From: Bigelowiella natans CCMP2755
Taxonomy: Eukaryota; Protista; Cercozoa
Length of the DNA: 62,091 nt
NCBI GenBank assembly: GCA_000320545.1
Contig: ADNK01000515.1
Location: forward strand, 1 to 62,091
Direction: 5' to 3'
Shown here: piece after piece, positions 59,703 to 62,091 of the stretch
How the letters are laid out: every line of letters begins with the position of its first letter
How positions within the stretch are numbered: the first letter of the stretch is position 1
The notes under the pieces: model-generated
What the model saw: only the letters and a program-made list of their open reading frames with translations
Told to the model about the DNA's origin: nothing
The model's database searches: none
Made by a program: the position numbers and the translations under genes

Positions 59703-60630
59703 GCTTCAGAACTCAGTGGGAAGCGGGAAAGTAAATACCTCAAGGTAATTTTAATTAATTTTCAAAGATGTTACCGAATGCCGTCGTTTGATGTGTGCTG
59801 GAGAAATTGTGCCACTCATCTCACTTCTGCAGATATTGGTCCCAAGCTATGTCCTTCAAGTAAATCTGATGAATGAATGAACGAATGACGTGGTTCCAAT
59901 GGTGCAGCTGATGGCGTTCTCCTCCCGTATAGATCTAGATCTACGTCTTTGCTTGTTGAGTGTTGCACTCATTCTCACAGCCGACTTTGTCGGTTACCGC
60001 AGCAGTTATTGCTGTCGTAAGCCTGCAGCGTGGGAGAGAGAGAGAGAGAGAGAAGCAGAGCAGCAACAAACTTCTGACAAATTTTACAACACATTACCTG
60101 TCCTACGACAACCAAAGAGATCGTGATCGATGATTGCCTGCGGTTGTCGTAAGATCCACTTTTGGATTGAAAAAGGAGGAGAAACTCCCGATATGACCTG
60201 CACTGCCTGTCAGTGACGGGTAGTTTTGCAGCGATACCCCGCTCCTCCCTTGCTCTACTCCAACTATACTCTACCCGATTATTACGAAGAAATTGTGTCT
60301 GAACACCCTCCGGAACCACACGCACCAGCTCTCTCCCTCGCAATTAGCAGACTGCGCGGAGCGGTGGTACCGGATTCGCATTCGAATTTTATGTTACGGC
60401 ATGAAAAATGTTGCAAATCTTGTAAATTTCCCCTGGTTTTCGGCAAATCCTCGAATCTCGGCCTGCTCACCTATCAGCCCTGATTGCTCGGCCGTGACCA
60501 AGAAGCACCTTTAAGGCTTCGAACGCGAACAAAACTTCGGTTATAGCGTGGGTGCAACCAATTCGTAAAGGAGAGAAACAGGAGGCCGAAGCGGACTATC
60601 AGGCCGGACGTAGGCAACAACTTCAAGAAG

Positions 60631-61129
60631 ATGTCTTCAACCAGTGCAAAAAACACGTCAGGAGCCACTGGTGACGTTGTGGGTTCTGGCAATAAGTCCA
60701 ACGCAGCCAACACCGATCAAAAGGATGCAGGCATTAATATGCCTCGTATCGTACTCAGTGTGGAAAATCCTCTGGGCAAGGCTGTCCTCATCGACGTAAT
60801 CAATGCTTGAGCAGAATTTTTAACATTTGCATATACTTACGGCGTGCGTGTTATGTTCACCCACATGACTGTGTTGCTACTACTGTCTTGATCTTTCTCA
60901 GGCCACTCCAACCGACTGCCTCATGGATATCCGTCAGTATCTGCTTGAGACTCCAGAGTCGTGCTACTTTACCTGCTATCAGCTGGTCCATGAAGGCAAG
61001 GTCATAAATGACTACGCCGAGCTCTCAGAGTACCCGGAGCTCAAAGAGGATAAGGCAAACACGATCAAGATGGTTCCAGGTTGGTTGTGGACAAATGTGC
61101 GAGCAAAGATGAAGTGTTGGGAGATAGAG

Positions 61130-61171
<42 letters not shown>

Positions 61172-61578
61172 GGCCCCATAATATTAGCCGCCTCAATCTT
61201 CAACTCTTTTCTGACAATCACAAATCTGCAACATTCCGCAGGATTTTATGACGAACCTGCAGCCCGGGTGCATGTTCGTCGGCTCCGTGAAATCATCGTG
61301 AATCCTCCCGTGCACATAACGCAGAAGCAGCACCCTTACGTCTCTGATGAGGCCAGTACGTCAGGTGGGAGGTCGCAGGGTAATAAGGGTGGAAAAAAGT
61401 CATCAAATTCCAACAGCAACGGTGCAGCTGGCCGCAAAAAGGACAAAGAGACGCCCATCGGAGAGATTGACTTAACTCAATTTTCAAAGGAGGAGAGGAA
61501 GGAGAAGGTACCGGAGGTGGTAAGGAATATTACATTCTCGGCTTGGAATCCTCCACCTGGAAATAGGAGGCTGAGAGG
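60631..61578 (+). CDS. CLU1: Clustered mitochondria protein (CLU/CLUH/TIF31), 5' exons only
   Basis: DIRQYLLETPESCYFTCYQL, YDEPAARVHVRRLR and SAWNPPPGNRRLRG are CLU_N and CLU hallmark motifs. Confidence 0.9.
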
Positions 61579-61713
61579 TAGTATTAGCAGCTGCAATTAC
61601 GATGATGGCGAGCAATGAGGAGGGAATAGTGTACGCACGAACGTTTCTTCTTGATATTTAGGGCATATTTATCTTATCTTTTCTCCTCCTCCTCCTCCTC
61701 CTCCTCCTCCTCC

Positions 61714-62091
61714 TAATGACGAAGACGCTAACAGGACTATCAGAGTTGTTCTGACCCCCGTTCAAGTTAAAGACAGCTACGGAGACTACCAGAAACTACC
61801 TGCCCTTTGGGATAGTGGCAGGATGCCCAAGTCCCTCATAAGCCTGAGCACAGGAAGATGGTTACGACTATTGGAGCAAGTGACTAAGAAAGAACGTAAA
61901 TATGCTCAAGCATACGGAATGCTCTTCCATGAAGAGCGTCGGTGAGCTACATGCTAAACTACAGATATCTGGCAGCGACGCGGAGACCCCAATCACGACC
62001 CGACTAGCCATGACTTTATGCATGTAACTACTCTCGCACAGGATGACCTAAAAAAAATTAGCGGGATCATATCATTTCTACAATGCAAAGA
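61714..62091 (+). mobile_element. Degenerate fragment of the same Ty3 element (protease region)
   Basis: Aligns to the reverse complement of about 23055-23430 with many substitutions and 1-nt indels. Confidence 0.9.

Noticed and set aside
1-62091. tRNA, rRNA, CRISPR or prokaryotic operon features
   Set aside because: None recognised; the only tRNA-like string is the retrotransposon PBS.

Overview
This is eukaryotic nuclear DNA: gene-dense, with many short GT-AG introns, many of them full of microsatellites. The style suggests a marine protist or alga, possibly a chlorarachniophyte such as Bigelowiella (inference only). Most ORF-track entries are shadow ORFs of simple repeats, so I spliced the real genes by hand. 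In order: formin (-, runs off the left edge); a 27-exon gene fusing a complete ketopantoate-reductase-family 2-oxo-acid reductase to a SAM methyltransferase resembling SDMT/DMSP-synthesis methyltransferases (+); AP2-UBA-SAM-like protein (-); PDZ/C2HC zinc-finger protein (+); an intact young Ty3/Gypsy LTR retrotransposon with a degenerate Dam-methylase-like C-terminal domain (-), inserted into strongly TpA-depleted DNA; intronless ARF GTPase (+); rhodanese/multi-pseudo-DSP tail-anchored protein (-); coiled-coil protein with ten 4-Cys repeats (+); SNF2 helicase with a BRCT-like tail (-); PqiA-like membrane protein (+); SDR lacking the catalytic Tyr (-); intronless presenilin (+); ankyrin protein (-); membrane-linked 2OG-Fe(II) oxygenase-like protein (+); a second rhodanese/pseudo-DSP protein (-); and the 5' part of CLU/CLUH (+), followed by a scrambled fragment of the same retrotransposon. 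Best leads: (1) the reductase-methyltransferase fusion as a candidate bifunctional MTOB reductase/MTHB methyltransferase of DMSP synthesis; (2) near-total TpA loss that spares CTAG, suggesting a context-specific A-to-G mutator; (3) the Dam-like domain appended to a Ty3 integrase. All family assignments rest on motif recognition by eye; no database search was run.
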